A DNA stretch of 63,102 bases, filler included, from Reticulomyxa filosa (Eukaryota; Protista; Foraminifera), in assembly GCA_000512085.1 (NCBI GenBank). It is 21 parts of 21 records of this genome, joined end to end, with 100 filler letters (N's around TTAATTAATTAA, not from the genome) between each part and the next. Parts side by side here need not be neighbours in the genome. Positions count along the whole stretch, not along the records: positions 56,248 to 61,442 come from ASPP01004653.1; positions 61,543 to 63,102 come from ASPP01022961.1; 19 more parts are not named here. The stretch is one strand, 5' to 3'. Made by a program: the position numbers and the translations under genes. The stretch's first letter is position 1. The number at the start of each line of letters is the position of its first letter. Positions 61,327 to 63,102 of this stretch are shown here, one piece after another. Under the pieces are notes generated by a model. It had not been told where the DNA came from and made no database searches. It worked only from the letters and a program-made list of their open reading frames with translations.

Positions 61327-63102
61327 CTTTTTTTTTTTTTTTATTACCAAAAAAATTAAAAGTGAATTTACGTACATATACAAACATATACACATGCATA
61401 TACGTATACGTATACGTATACATATATGTATATGCATAATCANNNNNNNNNNNNNNNNNNNNNNNNNNNNNNNNNNNNNNNNNNNNTTAATTAATTAANN
61501 NNNNNNNNNNNNNNNNNNNNNNNNNNNNNNNNNNNNNNNNNNTGTCTTGAATTCGGGTAATGGCAGGATTACGTACCATGATGAACTCTCCACAGAACAC
61601 ATTTACTTGAACGCATCCCCTTTTCTTTGTCGCTCCTTCGTCAAAGCTATGATGAAGTTATCTTTCCTGGACTGAATATATTATATTTATTGGTTTGTGC
61701 ACTTACACAAACAATATACTTTTTGAGTTTTGATTGAGATAGACCAAGAAAATACCAAACTGGATAAGATAAATTGCACTGCATATGTCCATATACTTGA
61801 TTCTTATTGCTTTTGTAATTTTTGGTGTTGATAATATACACGCTTTCACTTGCTCGATATTTTTTATTGTTTTAAACCTATTTTCACAGGACGCACCAAC
61901 TGGATATTATTAAAGAAAGAAAAAGTATTCAATCAAGTAAATACTTATTGCAAACTCAATCTGACGATTTACCTTTTTTTCTCATTTTGATTGTGATATT
62001 TGTATATGCGGAACTTGGTCTTGTATGGTTTCGATATTGGTCTTGGAGTCAACTTCAATTCTTAAGTTCGAAATATCGACGACATGGTACACTTGCTCGA
62101 CTTGAAGACAATGTACTAACTCATCGGACAAATGCGTATATCGACATCCAATTCGAAGATTATTCCAGATGTATGTCCAAATACTGGCAACAAAGTCGCT
62201 GACGTAATAGAATTGAAATTGCATTAACAATGACCTGGAATCGCAAGTTGTTGTTTACATTAACAACTTTGTTACATGCGCATATCTAGATAAATTCTTT
62301 GGGCCGTGTGATTGGAAGGTGCAGTTGTCATTACTGGTGGCCGTTAATTTTTTTTTTAGTACGTGTCGGTCCCATGAAAATCTTGTATGTTGATAATATC
62401 TTTCGATAGGCTGTAGAAAGCGAATTATTTCTATTTTGAAATCCTGTATATTGATTGCATATATGTCTATAGAAGATACAATCAAACGACTGTTGTTTGT
62501 GTGTTTATGTACCTAACATATCCAAGTCGACGTTTGTGATAAAGTTGGAGACACCAAAACAGCGGCTGTATTGAACACATATTGATCCCTTGCATTGCCC
62601 ACTTCTTGTACTACACTTCAATATCTTCGCCAATTGAATCGTCAAAATAATAAATGAATATCGAATTGAAATAATCAATTGTTATGATCATGTCATTCGC
62701 CAATGAAGAATTTGGTTCATTCAATATTATCAATTCAATTTTGCTCCACATTCTAGTTGATTTGTTGTTGAATCTCATCACTGCAATTGCCATTGGTCTT
62801 GAATCTGAAGTCATTGGTCCCATCTTCGTCTTTTTTTTCTATAATGTCATAAGTTTGTTTTCACATTGATATTTAAAAAAAACACAAAGAAAAAAATATA
62901 CTTAACTTGTTATCCCGCTCAGGATAATCAATTTTTATAATATTAAATTAAAAAATTAAAATTAAAATAATTTTCTTCATTTTCTTATTCTTTTTTTTTC
63001 TTTATCTTTTTTATTATTAACTTTTTTTTTTTTTCCAACAATTTTCTTTTTCTTTTTCCTTTTTTTCTTTTTCAATAACCTTTTTTTTTCTTTTTTATTA
63101 TT

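Noticed and set aside
61327-61437. N-terminus MHIHICIRIRIR of the 599-aa ORF
   Set aside because: Read-through of an intronic TA/CA repeat; the exon starts near 61326.
61543-62850. Short ORFs and coding-like patches in the last contig
   Set aside because: Multiple stops and no recognisable family; probably pseudogenic debris.
1-63102. Functional clustering or synteny between neighbouring genes across the window
   Set aside because: Contigs are concatenated arbitrarily; adjacency across spacers has no meaning.
1-63102. tRNA, rRNA, CRISPR arrays, telomeric repeats
   Set aside because: None recognised by eye; a covariance-model scan would be needed to exclude small ncRNAs.

Overview
The window is not one locus. 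It is 21 short, unlinked contigs joined by an artificial 100-nt spacer (N44-TTAATTAATTAA-N44, 20 copies). Twenty contigs come from an AT-rich, intron-containing protist using the standard code. The gene families (TRAF/RING zinc finger, PPR, 42-aa TPR, WD40 and CAP-Gly genes and pseudogenes, RNase H-bearing non-LTR relics, poly-Asn tracts) suggest a rhizarian such as the foraminiferan Reticulomyxa; this is inference. One contig (28214-29945) is gammaproteobacterial (ABC transporter plus rsmE). Recognisable genes: RPS11, RBMX2/IST3, TH1-domain AGC kinase, CUB+SGNH protein, a divergent coproporphyrinogen oxidase, cyclin Y, CAP-Gly protein, F-box proteins, adenosine deaminase, metallophosphoesterase, POP4, RGS, vacuolar sorting receptor and a TRP-like channel. 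Most notable: (1) an unusual intron grammar, with poly-A tracts and AAG at acceptors, mostly GTT donors, and U-rich/A-rich halves that might pair; (2) a CPOX paralogue with systematically replaced active-site residues; (3) a 112-bp fold-back element; (4) a PPR-SMR-like protein. Many genes carry single-base frameshifts at homopolymers, most likely sequencing errors. All gene models were built by hand.
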